NCBI GenBank assembly: GCA_964545795.1
Contig: CAZJGC010000004.1
Coordinates: forward strand, 1-56,779
Reading direction: 5' to 3'
Source: an uncultured archaeon
Lineage (GTDB): Archaea > Aenigmatarchaeota > Aenigmatarchaeia > Aenigmatarchaeales > DAIDAN01
DNA length: 56,779 bases
The first letter of the stretch is position 1. Each line of letters starts with the position of its first letter. This document shows positions 1-13,700 of the stretch, one piece after another. A model generated the notes under the pieces. The model made no database searches. It was given only the letters and a program-made list of their open reading frames with translations, and had not been told where the DNA came from. Made by a program: the position numbers and the translations under genes.

Positions 1-78
1 TGCTGCCAGCAAAGCAGCAGCGCTCAAGTATGGATGTTTTTCTATCCAGTTAATTGTTTTGGCAAGAAACCTTAGCAT
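1..78 (-). CDS. 5' part of a membrane-anchored protein, paralogous to the anchor region of the 494-aa ORF (runs off the window)
   Basis: Minus-strand ATG at 78 preceded by GAGGT; reads MLRFLAKTINWIEKHPYLSAAALLAA; DNA 1-69 nearly identical to 1159-1227. Confidence 0.75.
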   Translation of the reverse strand, partial: MLRFLAKTINWIEKHPYLSAAALLAA

Positions 79-90
79 GTTATTTACCTC

Positions 91-1575
91 TTAGTTTTTC
101 TTAAATTTTGAGAAATTGAAGTTTTGAATGAATTTGTCTATTTCTGAGTCATTTACATAGGAGAGATTGGCTTCTGCCGAATCAGCAAAACTTTCTGCAA
201 ATAATTCAGCAGGGTGCCATTGCCAATAACTAGGTTTACCTAACTTTTTACCGCATGCATCAAGGTCTTCCTTTGTCTTTAATTCACTCCCGCACATTTT
301 TTTTGCTTCTTCTTCAAACTTATCACTTAAGCCTGCAGCATCTGCATAAGAATGTCCTGCTTCATGTGCAAGAGTTTCAACAGTAACCTTAAGTGCAATA
401 ATTTTAGTGTCATAATAATCTCTAGCTACATCAACATTCACGCCTGTCCAATAATTTCCTCCCCTTCCGCCCGGTTCATCTTCAGGCAGTGCTTCTATTT
501 CCTTTGTATAGTTTTTTATAAACTGATAATCAGGAGGGCTGTATTTCTTTGTAAATTCAAGAGCCATTACAATTTGCTTCTGGAAATCTTCAGTACCCTT
601 TATACATATACCATCATATCTTAATCCTCTGCAGGGAGAAACATATCTACGCATAAGTCGTTTTTCTGCTAACATTCTTTTTTCTATATCATAATCTTGG
701 TTGATTTCCAAATTCTTGAATTCTGTGTCAGATTTGCCTTTATCATCAAAAACAGTTAATTCAAGCAAATAGTGTTTTGGGTTGTCTATATTGTATATTT
801 TGTTATAACTTCCGGGTTCAAGATGCAAATCTTCTATTTCTTCTCCATTCTTTGCAGTTTGAACTAAATTTCCATTAACCTTTATCTCTATTTTTGAAAT
901 CTCTCCGTCAGGGTCATAGCTTCTATCTTTTATTTTTACTATCTGGTAACTTCCATCTTCAGAGTAATTCCCTTTTCTTATAATAAAATCTGCAACAGGA
1001 GGTTTGTTGTTTAATTTGCCAAAATATTCTGTTATTGAGTCAGATATTGCGGCTGAGCCAAGCATAATTTCAGATTTTGCCTTTTCAACATTCTTGTCAA
1101 CATAATCTGCGAACTTGTCATTGTTTTGGTATTGGTTGACTCCTATTGCTCCTGCATATGCTGCCAGCAAGGCACCAGCGCTCAAATATGGATGTTTTTC
1201 TATCCAGTTAATTGTTTTGGCAAGAAATCCTTTTCCGCCGGTTTCATGCCCTGTTTCTGCTGTTTCAAAAAAACCAAGAACAGCATTTTCATCTTTTATG
1301 AAATTCTTTTTCCTGCCTGTTCTCTCAATCACAACTGAAACATAATTTTCTGTTTCCCTTAGCCATGCATCGTTTTTGTTGTTTAATAAAAATGAGATTG
1401 GGTCAAAACCAATCTTATTGTAAACAGAATCAATGTCTACTCCATATTCTTTTGCCTTCTGCTCTATTCTTGTTAGAGAGTCAAGAACCTGATTCTCATC
1501 GCTGTTATATCTTGCCTCAAAGTCATCAATGCGCGGATATTCCGCGCCGCTCACATATTTGACCATAGCGCTCAC
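91..1575 (-). CDS. Membrane-anchored protein with PKD-like domain and zincin-type metallopeptidase motif
   Basis: TM segment YLSAGALLAAYAGAIGV; NKPPVADF...SYDPDG.I (PKD-like); TLAHEAGHS (HExxH) with downstream ELFAESF; start may be ATG 1566. Confidence 0.7.
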   Translation of the reverse strand: MSAMVKYVSGAEYPRIDDFEARYNSDENQVLDSLTRIEQKAKEYGVDIDSVYNKIGFDPISFLLNNKNDAWLRETENYVSVVIERTGRKKNFIKDENAVLGFFETAETGHETGGKGFLAKTINWIEKHPYLSAGALLAAYAGAIGVNQYQNNDKFADYVDKNVEKAKSEIMLGSAAISDSITEYFGKLNNKPPVADFIIRKGNYSEDGSYQIVKIKDRSYDPDGEISKIEIKVNGNLVQTAKNGEEIEDLHLEPGSYNKIYNIDNPKHYLLELTVFDDKGKSDTEFKNLEINQDYDIEKRMLAEKRLMRRYVSPCRGLRYDGICIKGTEDFQKQIVMALEFTKKYSPPDYQFIKNYTKEIEALPEDEPGGRGGNYWTGVNVDVARDYYDTKIIALKVTVETLAHEAGHSYADAAGLSDKFEEEAKKMCGSELKTKEDLDACGKKLGKPSYWQWHPAELFAESFADSAEANLSYVNDSEIDKFIQNFNFSKFKKN

Positions 1576-1582
1576 ATATTTG
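1531..1582. promoter_or_regulatory. GC hairpin plus tandem GCTCACATATTTG direct repeats (possible operator)
   Basis: GCGCGGA-TAT-TCCGCGC at 1531-1547; GCTCACATATTTG at 1549-1561 and 1570-1582. Confidence 0.35.
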
Positions 1583-1750
1583 CTAAACTTAAATATTTAC
1601 TACATAAAGGTGGTTCTAATTTAAATTAGAGAAAAATAAAATATTTATATGTTAATTTGTCTCGGTTTTAAGACAAAAGAAAAATACTTAAGATGCAGAG
1701 AATTAATTAATAAAAAGCGATTTAAAGATATTTGGGAGAGATGAAACAAC

Positions 1751-4700
1751 ATGAATAGAAATATAACTTTATTATTGGCGTTTTTTGCATTAATTGCACT
1801 GCAAGTAAGCATGCTTTCAGGCACGAGTTCTGCGAATAATATTGATATCTTAAATGTGTCAATTCAACCGTCCAAAGTTAATCCGGGAGACACAATGATT
1901 GTTTCTGCAAACATATCAGATGTTTACGGTGTTTCTTCTGTATACGCGGATATGGGAGGAATAGAGACAATCCCTCTCTACCTTAATTCCGGGACTATTT
2001 ACAAAGGCATGTGGCAGAACACTTGGCTTGTGCATGATACTGAAAGCAGAAATTATACAACGAACATATCCGTTATTTCCAGGTCGGGTTTGTCTTCCTA
2101 TGCGCTTGCAGAATGGAGCGACCCACCGTGTTCCATTTCCTGTGATTCAACAGTTGGCAATACCTGTATTATAAGTTCTCCGAAAGAAGTAGAGGGAGGA
2201 TGCACAATTGATGATACTGTTATCGGAGTTCAGAATCTTGAAATACAAAATGGCGGAAGCATATATAATACAACAAATACTGAAGGTTTTATTATAGATT
2301 TGACCGGCAATATTACAATAAAAAACGGAGGAAATATCACAGGAAATGTGAATATTACTGCATCAAATGTTTTTATTGAGAGCGGTGGAAAACTCTCATC
2401 CGATTATGTTGGATATGGCTCGGGTCAAGGTCCTGGTGCGGGAGTATCTGATAATTGGAGAGCCACAGGCGGAGGAGGTTATGGGGGTGCCGGGGGAAGG
2501 GGGTATAATACAAATGGCGGCTCTTCCTACGGCTCAATGACGCAACCTCTTGATTTTGGAAGTGGTGGAGGAACTGATACAGAGGGTAGTCCTGTATATG
2601 GAGGTTCAGGCGGTGGAAGAATAATAATTAACCTTACAGGAACTCTTGCTTTGAACGGAACTTTGTCATCCTCTGGGGAAAACGGTTATGTTGGGACATA
2701 TGGTTCAGGAGGAGGTTCAGGAGGTTCAGTATACATTATCACTAATAAAGTTGAAGGAACAGGAATAATAAAGGCAAACGGTGGAGCAGGAGGTAATGAT
2801 GCTGATGGCCTTTTTGACGGCGGTGGAGGTGCAGGAGGCAGAATAGCATTATACGCAAGCAATTTCAGTTTCTCAGGAACAATTGAAGCAAAGGGAAATA
2901 CAGGAAATGACGGAGCTCAATCCGGATACGGTGGAACAATTTATATAAATGCAACAACATATTTTGAGCCAACTTCAAACTTTTTGGCAAACAGCACAGA
3001 TTCTGCAAGGTTGGGAACAATAGTTTTCAATTATCCTGCAACAGGAAACTCTGATTCAGTTCTTCTTTATTCAAACAATCCTGTTATCAACCCAATTCCA
3101 TGGTTTTCTGATTCAATGAACATAGGCTGTTCTGATGGTTCAGAATGCACTGTATACAGAGTAAAAACAAACCTTACAGGAACTCACAACTATGCAAGTT
3201 TGAATATAACAAAAAATGCATCTTTGCATGCTTCTGTTTCTTCGCTTGCTTTAACCCAGAATCTTACAGTATCTCTTGGTGGTTTATTAGACTTTTCTTC
3301 AGATGCAAACATAACTGCTGACAATATTGCGATTACTGACGGAGGCAATATTTCTTATTCATCCAATCTTGACATTAATGCGCCAAGCATATATGTTTCA
3401 GAGGGTTCAAGCATAATTGCCTCTGCGAAGCTTGCAAACCTCACGATAAATGCGTCAGTAATAGATGTTTATGGAACAATTAATGCAAATGCCAACATAA
3501 CAGCGGAAAATGTAACAATTTATTCTACCGGAAAACTCTCATCCGATTATGTTGGATATTCAGGCGGGACTCCACAAAATAATAATGCCCAAGGACCTGG
3601 TGCAGGAAGTTATGGATATTTAGGCGGCGGCGGTGCAGGTTATGGAGGCAATGGCGGAAACGGATATCAAGGAGCAGGAGGTTCTTCCTATGGTTCACTA
3701 ACCCAACCTTTAGATTTTGGAAGCGGCGGAGGTTCTTCATGGTATTCAGCGGGTGGTTCAGGCGGTGGAAGAATAATAATTAACCTTACAGGAACTCTTA
3801 CAATAAATGGTAATATATCATCTTCTGGAGAGAATGGCAACATTGTAGCATATGGAGCAGGAGGAGGTTCAGGAGGTTCAGTATATGTTATTGCAGATAT
3901 TATTGAAGGAACAGGAACAATAAGGGCAAATGGCGGAGCAGGAGGTAATGATGCTGATGGCCTTTTTGACGGCGGTGGAGGTGCAGGAGGCAGAATAGCA
4001 TTATACGCAAGCAATTTCAGTTTCTCAGGAACAATTGAAGCAAAGGGAAATACAGGAAATGACGGAGCTCAATCCGGATACGGAGGAACAATATACATAA
4101 ATGCAACAGGAAATTTCAACATAAGTTCAGGAACAATTCTGGCAAACAGCACAGATTCCGCAAGGTTGGGCAGTGCAAATATAACTTATGGTTCAACAGG
4201 CTGGGAGTATTGCGATGCTTATAATTCTGTGTTTGAACCTTCACCTGCCTTTTATTTTGTGCCTTATTCTGCGACAACGCCTTATCGCTGCGTTAAGTTG
4301 GTTCTAACCAATTTTACATTAAGAAAAGATGACAACAGCACTTCAGATACATTTAAACTTAATGAAAGCATTTACCTTTCTTTCAGAGTAAGGGAATTTA
4401 ATGGAACTGATTATTGGAATGTAACAGATGGTTCTTGGAATATAAGTGCAAACGAGACATTGAATCCAAATTCAAGCACTTTTCATATTTCCGGCGGTTA
4501 TTGGAAGAGCATTGGTTCATTTAGCAAAAACATGGGCGGATATTATTTTGTTGCTGAAAATATTACGGGAGAATCTCCTGCAGGCATGAAAACAAGAGTT
4601 AATGATATAATATTGCAGTACAGCGTTAAGTCAATAATAACATCTCTTGAGTTAAATTCAAGCGTTGTAAGACCGTCTGATGTTATGAGGGTTTCTGGTC

Positions 4701-7700
4701 ATGCAACCCTTAAGCCAGATGAAACAGATGTAGCAAACAATTTAATTCATATATATCTTGATGGTTCAGAACTGTTGTATAATGCAAGCACTGGTTTTAT
4801 TTCTGAAGACGGAAATGAAACTTTAGCAACTGATTCAAATGGAAATTATGATTATAACTTTATTGCTCCGAGTAGCATTGGGACGCATGAAATTAAGGTA
4901 AATCTGACAGACAGCAATGGCATTTATTCTGAGAATTATACAACATTTGAGGCAGGAGGCAATCCAAAATGGTCTGCAAATGCCACAAAATTCTCAAGCC
5001 CGCAAATATATGATGCAGGCAAAACTTATGGATTTCAGATAAATTGGACAGACCCGACAAACAATTTTGCAAACGCAACTTTTCAGTTAGGAAGACCTGA
5101 CGGAACGCTAACAAATTATACAATTGCAACAACTCCTGCTGTCCAGAATATTTCGGATACTTGGTATATCAACTTCACGCAAGCCCAGATTGGAGGGACA
5201 GGCGCTTACAATTATACCTGGTTTGGAATTAATAAGTATTCAAATCAAAACAGCACTGATACTTTAGGTTATGTAATTTCTATCAGTTCAAATCCAATAA
5301 ATATTTACTTTAGAAACGAAACAGGGGAATATAATAATAAAAACATAACCGTGGTTTATGAATCCTACACAAACACAACTGCTGTGAATGTATATGAAAA
5401 TTCCGGAGTTCTTAATATTTACAGAAATGATGAAATTGCAAATTCCGAAAACAATACAATGATTGTTCTTCCGGAAGGGTTGCATAAAATTACTGCAAAT
5501 ACAAGCGGGAATGAAAATTATACTTCAAATGCCACAACATATTATATTAGAGTGCTGCAGAAAGACGTTTTAGTAAGATTATTCATAAACGATACTGAAT
5601 CAGATGTTACAATATACACGCCAAACATAACAAATTTAACAGCAACAGTCAATACAAACACACTTGTATATATTGATGCTAATTTTTCAGGAACAAATAA
5701 ACAAATATCTTCGGGCATGGGTTCAGCGGAGAACATCACAAATATAAGCAATCTTGAGAAGGGAGTTTACAATATAACTGCTTATGTGAAAGACACGCAA
5801 AACTATACAGGCACGCTTTCACAGACTTATTATCTCACAGTAAGAGGCAGGCTTAATATAACAATAGACACTCCGCAACCAGGTTCAGTTTTCAACAGAA
5901 CATATGCATACTGGCTTAATGCAAGTGTCACAGATGACAGCGGTCATGTAGTTGAGGGCGCTGATGTTAATTGGTATGTTGATGATGTTTTTGTTAACAA
6001 TTCTCAGAACTCGCGCTGGACAGTTCCTGCCTCGCAGCCAACAGGCATTGCAACCATAAAGGTAAACGCTACAAAAGAATACTTTGACAATGTTGCGGAG
6101 GATAGCGTGCAAATAGAAATTTGGAGAACACTTACCCTTTACCTAAACATTTCTCCAGAGGAGATTTACAGAAATGATTCTTTCTCTCCGCATATAACAA
6201 CATATACCGCAAATGTCACAGATGAGAACGGCCCTGTTTCATCTGCTCAGGTTAGGTTCTGGAGAGGGACAACTTTCATAGGTCTTAATAGCACAAACTC
6301 TGATGGGACAACTCAGAAAACAGATAATGTTTTTGATTCCGAAACTCCTGGAACATATACTGTTTACGCAAACATAACCTTTTTTGCAGATGCATATTCG
6401 CATAAGATTAATGGAACTGCAAATCTTACAGTAAAAGGTTTGCTGTTTTCCGCTATAACGTCAGTATCTAACAATTCAAAATATTATAAGAATGATACTT
6501 TGAATTTGCAATCTACAACTGTTGACGAAAACGGAGCAACGCAGGTTCCGGACGCTGCAATATGGTATTTGAATGGTCTTGAAATATTGAGTGGCGAGTC
6601 TGGCGCATATCAAATACCAATAAATCAAACTCTTGGGTATAATCTGCTAAATTATACAGCAACGAAACAGTATTATGAGCCAAGTTCCCAAAACAAAACC
6701 TTGCAGATATGGAGTTTTGCGGCAGTTAATCAAACAGACCAGAATATTGTTTATCGCGGAAACTCTGCAAATTATACAGGTTTTGTTTATGATTTTATAA
6801 ACAATTCAATTATCCCGTCATATAATTGCATTTGGTATAATAATGGAACAAATATAGAAAATTCAACCACAAACAGCACAGGCCATTGCACATACAGTTT
6901 TTCAACAAGCTGTTCAAATACGCCTGGTTTATATATAATAAATGTTTCTATTTTAAACAATACGCAGTTGTGGTATGATGCAAAACAGGGATTTGAAAGT
7001 TATGCGATTAATCTTAATGTTACAGGGAATCTTTCTGTGCAGATAGATACGCCGTCAAATGGTTTGATTTATAATAAAGGAGACGGAGTGCCGCTTACTT
7101 CAACAATAAAAGATGAATGTTCAAATATTCAAACTTCAAACGTATATTGGTATGCAAACGGAAGTCAAATATCAACAGGAGAAGATACAACATGGGATAT
7201 CCCGTTTTCTCAGGAGCTTGGTTTTACAGTAATTGAGGCAAATGCTACGAAAGAATATTACAAATATGGGCGCAATTCAACTAATATTCTGATTTATGGC
7301 TGGTCAAATAATACGCGTATATATGGGGCAGGCAGTTATCCCGCAGGAAGTGTTATAAATGTTTCATGTTTGATAGAAGATGCAAATACATCTGCGCCAA
7401 TTTTGGATTATCCTGTAAATTTTTATAAGAACAACAGTTTAATTTTGACAAATCTAACAAACTCTGAAGGATATGCTTATTGGTTCTGGGACACAACTTC
7501 TGAGAATGCAGGAATTTATAATATAAGTTGCGAAATATCTGATAATTCAACAATATTTTATAATACAAGCATTGGCGGAAAAAGCGAAACAGTAGAGATA
7601 ACAAGAAATTTGACTATAGACCAGATAATAAGAGAATATGATACTGTATACAGATTCATGTATTCTCCGGGGCAGACTATGATATCTGTTCATGTCAGCG

Positions 7701-10700
7701 AGGCGGCTCTTGGAGATTCTTCCAGTTCAACAGTAAGGTTTTATAATGCTACGGATGAATTTGATTCCTGCATAACAAACTCCAGCGGTTGGTGCAGCAT
7801 AACTTATAATCCGGATGATACAATCACGCCTAACAATTATACATTTTGGATAAATGCAAGCAAGGGCGGTTTTTCAGATTCCCAGACAAACACTACCTGG
7901 GTTGTTGTAAAAGGAAAGGTGGAGGTAGTAAACATAATTAATCCGAGTCAAAATCAGAAATTCCATAGAACAGAACTTGTGGATATGAATGCTCAGGAAA
8001 TAGATGAAAATGGTGCGTATGTTTATGAAACATTAAACTGGTATAATTCAAGCCAAGAGCAAATAGCCACAGGATTGAATACGAATTGGACAATACCTGC
8101 GCATTACAAGATAGGAGAAGAGACATTAAAGGCAAATGTGTCTTCAAATTACTATGATTCAAGCGACAGCACAGTGACAATAAATATTTATGGCTGGTCA
8201 AATGTTTCATATGTTGCTCCAACAGGAATACAGCGTTATGGGGATACTCTTGCACTTAATTGTTCTGTCAGAGATGCAAACACTTCTGAGTATGTAAATA
8301 ATTATTCTGTGTCATTCTATGAAAATGACAGTTATATCGGAAGCAACTTCACTGAAGGCGGTTATGCTGTTGTTTACTGGAAACCAGGATTGGCTGATTA
8401 TTCCTTGAAATGCAATATAACAGATAATGCTACGCTTTATTATGATGCTTCAATATCTCAGGCTTCGCAAACCATTTCCGTTCATGATTTGACAAAGCCG
8501 TACATAACAAATGCAACCCTCCTTTACAGTTGGATGGAGGTTGGTCAAAACCAGACAATAAGGGCAAATGTAACAGATGATGTATCTATAGATACTGTTT
8601 GGGCAGCCATAGACATACCTCCATGGAATGAGAGCGATAATGCAACTTATGCAAATCTTACAATGAGTTTTGTTGAGGGAAATGCAACAAACGGTTTTTA
8701 CGAACTTAATTATACGCCCGAAAAGGGAGGCATATACAATGTAACAATATTTGCGAATGACACCGCAGGCAATACTAACTATACCTTTGCGGGAAATTTC
8801 TCTGTTCCGAGAAATACAACAGGATATGTAGGGCAGGTTCAATATATGTTAATAACAGATGTAAATTCAACAGGCAACAAAACAATAGAACTTAATGTGT
8901 CTCTTATAAATACAGGAAATACAAGCATGACTTCTGCTAGCATAACTTTGGTGTTGCCTTCTGGATGGAACGGCGATAAAACAAAGGAGTGCGGAACAAT
9001 ACCAAGGTTTGGCAATTGCACTTTGCATTCAAACATATCTATTCCAGCAGGAACCGTTCAGGGAAATTACAGTATAAACAGCACGGGGAAATGGACAAAT
9101 CTTGACGGCTCAACTGCTTATAATGGAAATGTTCCAAAAAATCAGACAATTATCAACATCACGGACAATCCAATATTGAATATAACTACAAATAATTTTT
9201 CAGGAACCGTGGGTCACGGCAATGAAAGCACATTGGGAATATTTTCAATACAATCTTTAGGAAACAAAGGCATATACAAAATATTTTTTAACAAAACATC
9301 AGGAAACCTTTCTGCAGATTGGGTTGAGTTTATCTCAGGTTCATATATAAATTATTTGCCTTCTCTTAACGCAAATCAGACAAAACTGATTAATGTAAGT
9401 GTCACAGTTCCTGCAACAGAAATTGGGTATTTTGCTTCCGAGTTTATTGCAAATGCCACAAATTCAAGTTGTTATCCAGAAGAAAACTGTTATAAACGAA
9501 TAAATGTTTCCGTTACTGTTCCTGAAGACAGGAGCTGGAATATTACTCCCCATTTCCAATCTGTTGTAGTTTATCAAAACACTTCAGGAAACCTGACAAA
9601 CGTGACTATATTAAATCAGGGAAACCTGAGAATAGATTATGTGATTGATAAAACAGGAAATGCTTCATCTCTAATAACATTATCAGATTCTTTTGTTTCC
9701 ATAGAAAATCAATCTTCGCATAATCTTCAAATAAATTACAGCATACCAATTAATCAGAACATAGGCAAATATTATGCCAATATTACCATAAGCAATGATT
9801 CTGCTTCTCCCGTGCAGATTAATTTCTCTCTTACGCTTTCTGTAAATGACAATATATTGCCGGTTGTTAACAACACAAACTTGAGCGCAACATCCATTGA
9901 AACCAATTACAATTACATAAATATTACTGCCGATGCTTTTGATAATTTTGCTGTTGACAGGGTATGGGCAAACCTAACTTTTCCGAATTCCAGCACATAT
10001 AAATTGTTCATGCATAACATTTCTTTGAATACATACCGCGTTAACTTTACTCCTGCAGATTCAGGATTATATAATGTATCGGTTTTTGCGAATGATACTT
10101 CCGGAAACATAAATTCAACATATGCCGGAAATTTCACGGCTATCGGAACTACCTCTGGTTTAAATGAACAGAATCCCTCATCTGTGACGGCTTCAGGAAT
10201 AACGCAGACAAACAAATATTCGTTTGTATTGAATGCTACTCTTACAAACACAGGTTCAGGAACAATGAGGTTTGTGAATTACACATTGTCTCTTCCGTCA
10301 GGGTTTGAAGCAAATGCAACATATGCGCAATGCGCAAATATGTCCTCAGGTCAGACCTGCCTGTTATATTTTGCAATTAATGTAACAGCAGATGCAGACA
10401 TAGCAGTTCCACATGTTAAGGGTAACTATACATGGCAAAATCCTGATTACAGCATAAGTTATGCAGACAATTCAACATATGTTACAGTAAGTCCAAACCC
10501 TGTTTTGAATATTTTAGAAACAAGCATTAATTCTTCGCTGGGGCATGGAAACTCAAGCACAATAGGTTCTTTCACAATAATGTCAGAAGGAAATAAGCGT
10601 CTTGAAGTCGTGGATGTAGCGTCTTCCGGTAATATGAGTTCATGGATTTCTTATATTCCTCCTTTCCCTATAAACTTTATTCTGAAAGGTTTAAACAAAA

Positions 10701-13700
10701 CAATAAATGTTAGTGCATCTGTGCCTTTAGGTCAGGAACCTGGAGTTTACGAGGCTCTTTTAATGACAAATGCAACAGGTTCTTCATGCTCGCCTGCTTC
10801 AAACTGCTGGGACAATATTACGGTAACTCTTACTGTTCCAGAGGACTGGTCATGGAATGCTACGCCAAGAAGGATACCGTCTTCAGGTTATGTGCTTGTG
10901 CCTACAGATACAACAGGAAGTTTTGTGGTTACTTTGAATAATACAGGAAATGTTGGAATAAATTTCACAATTACTCAGGCAGAAAATGGCGCAAGCCTTA
11001 TAGCATTCCCGCCACCTACGGGATATGCTGTTTTTGTTGAAAAGCAAAATGCAACCAACGTAACATTTACTTATGATTCGCATGGCGTGCTTGGAGGAAA
11101 TTATATTCTTGATATAAGAATAAGAAACTCGTCTGCCTCGCCTCAGGAAATTCATAGTTATGTTTATTTCAATGTTCAGGAAGTGCCGCCAAGCATAGAT
11201 AACATAACAGTTTCTCCCGCAACACTTGACCAGAATTATCAGAGCATGTTGATACAGGCGGATGTTGTTGATAATATTGGTGTTAGTGATGTATGGGCTA
11301 ATATAACTCTGCCTGATTCAACACATGCTATATTGCCAATGAATAATCCGGGAGGAGGAAAGACCTATAACACAACTTATATACCTGCAGAAGCCGGGAC
11401 TTACACGGTAGTCATATATGCCAATGATTCGGCATCTCCTTCCAACGAGAATCATAGTCAAGCATATTATTTTACCGCAGTTGGTTCAACAGCAGTAAGC
11501 GTTGTTCCAAATATTACAAAAGTAGAAGTTCCGGGTGTTACTCAGGATAATGGAGCAACAGTTCCATTAAACGTTAGTTTAAATAATCTTGGTCAGGGTA
11601 CAGCCTATTTTGCAAATCTTACATTTGATTTGTTTGCAAACTGGAGCGCCTCTCCTTCATTAATAAATTACAATAACATATCAAGGAGTTCAAGCGCGTC
11701 AAATGTTTCTGTAATATCAGTTCCTGCGGCTGCTCTTGGGCAGTATCTGATAAATGCTTCGGCGACATGGAACAATCCTAACAATACAATATGGACCAAT
11801 AAAACAATAATAAACATAACAGTTCTTTCAAACCCGCAAATAGACATTTCGCAGGATATAATAAACATAACAGTAAAACATGGTGAAACTAATTCAACCA
11901 ACTTTACAATAAATGCAACAGGAAATGATGCGCTTTCTTCGGTGTCAATAACATGCCAGTCAGGTTCAATATGCACAAACGATACATACTTCTCTTATTC
12001 ATTTTCGCAGTCTTCTATAGCGAATATAAATGCAGGCGCAAATTCAAATGTTACTGTAACAGTGAGTGCCGCACTTGGTACTCCGCCAGGGGTTTATGTT
12101 GGAATAATAAATGCTTCAATGAATGCATCAGGAAATATGATATCAGATTTGGTTGAGATAGGAGTTAATGTTCCAAGCAACAGCACATGGAGCATGTCGC
12201 AGTCATGGAGCGGCATTAAAACAGTTGGAACCGGGGCTTCAGGCACTATAGGAACTTTGACAATAACCAACTATGGAAACCATCCATTGCTTTTCAATAC
12301 CTCAATAACAGGAAACGGAACTTCATATATGAATCTAACCCAGCCAAACATAACAGTGGCAGGGCAGTCTTCAGGAACGCTTACTCTGAACTATTACAGC
12401 CCAATGAACTTGTCTGACAATGCTTCAGAGATTTCAAGAATTTATTCAATAAACATATCTGTTGAAAACAGTTCTGCAACTCCTGCTCAACTCTATGCTT
12501 CCGCAATTTTGAAGGTTATGAAGTTTAATGTAAGGATATTGTTTCCAACAAGCGAGATTAATGTCACATCTGGAGATAATTTTTCAGTAAATGCCAATGC
12601 AACATACGGAGAAAGTATAATTTCAGACAACATAACATGGACAGTGAAATTCAATTCTACGGAGTGTCCTGTATTCAGCAGCGTAACAAAGACTGACTCA
12701 TCTAATAATTATTTTTGGCAGATAAACTGCACGGCTCCGCAGTTGCCTGATGCAAATAATTACACTCTCTATCTTTATGGAAATTATACTGATTCATCTA
12801 AAGGCATATACGGAGCAATTACAAATGATTTCAAGAGAAACATAATTGTATATCCTGATGTTTCAAAAGCCAAAATCCAAAGCATTGTTGCGCCTTCAGT
12901 AACTCCGGGAAACAATGTTACTATAAATGCAACTCTTACTGATAATGTTGCTGTAGTAGAGGCAATAGTGCAGGTTACATATCCAAACAATATTACTGAG
13001 AACTATACGCTTTCAAACACTTCATGGAATTTGTCTGCTGCTTCATGGGTTTACAACTTTACCAACACTTCTCAAGTTGGTGACTATGATATCCGCATAT
13101 ATGCAAGGGATAAAGAAGGCAACTGGAATAGTTCAGACAGTTGGTTTGAAGTTTATAGAAACAATGTAACGTTTACAGGCGTGTCAGAAACTGCAACAGA
13201 CAAAATTGAGTTTGATTTTTATCGTCCGGGAAAGGTCAAACCTCTTTATCTGGTTCATGCTGTTTCAAGCAATACAACAACAGGCAATTATACTGCGCAT
13301 GTTCATAACAGGACTTATGACATTAAAATCAGCCAGTATGGAAATTCAGTGAAACTTATATCAGTTCCACTCACAGAATCAGTAAGCAATCCAATAAAAT
13401 TGAAAGATGTTTCTGTAACAAAGGTAGGTTCCAACATCTTAAGAGTATTGGCTGTTTCAAATAATCTTTCCTTTAGTGTTGCAAATGTAACATTAAACTA
13501 TTCAGGAAAGACAGGATTTACAGAAAGCGCATTGCGCGTGTTTAAGTGCGGTAATTGGTCTTATTCATCGGATTCATGCCCAACTACATGGAGTTTAGTT
13601 GGCGGAACTCTGAATGGCGATAATACAATAACAGTTAATACAACAAGTTTTTCCGCATTTGCTCTTTCAAAGAACAGTTTTATTTGCGGTGATAATTATT

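Noticed and set aside
1549-1582. Mini CRISPR array
   Set aside because: Only two 13-14 bp repeats with a 7-8 bp gap; no cas genes.
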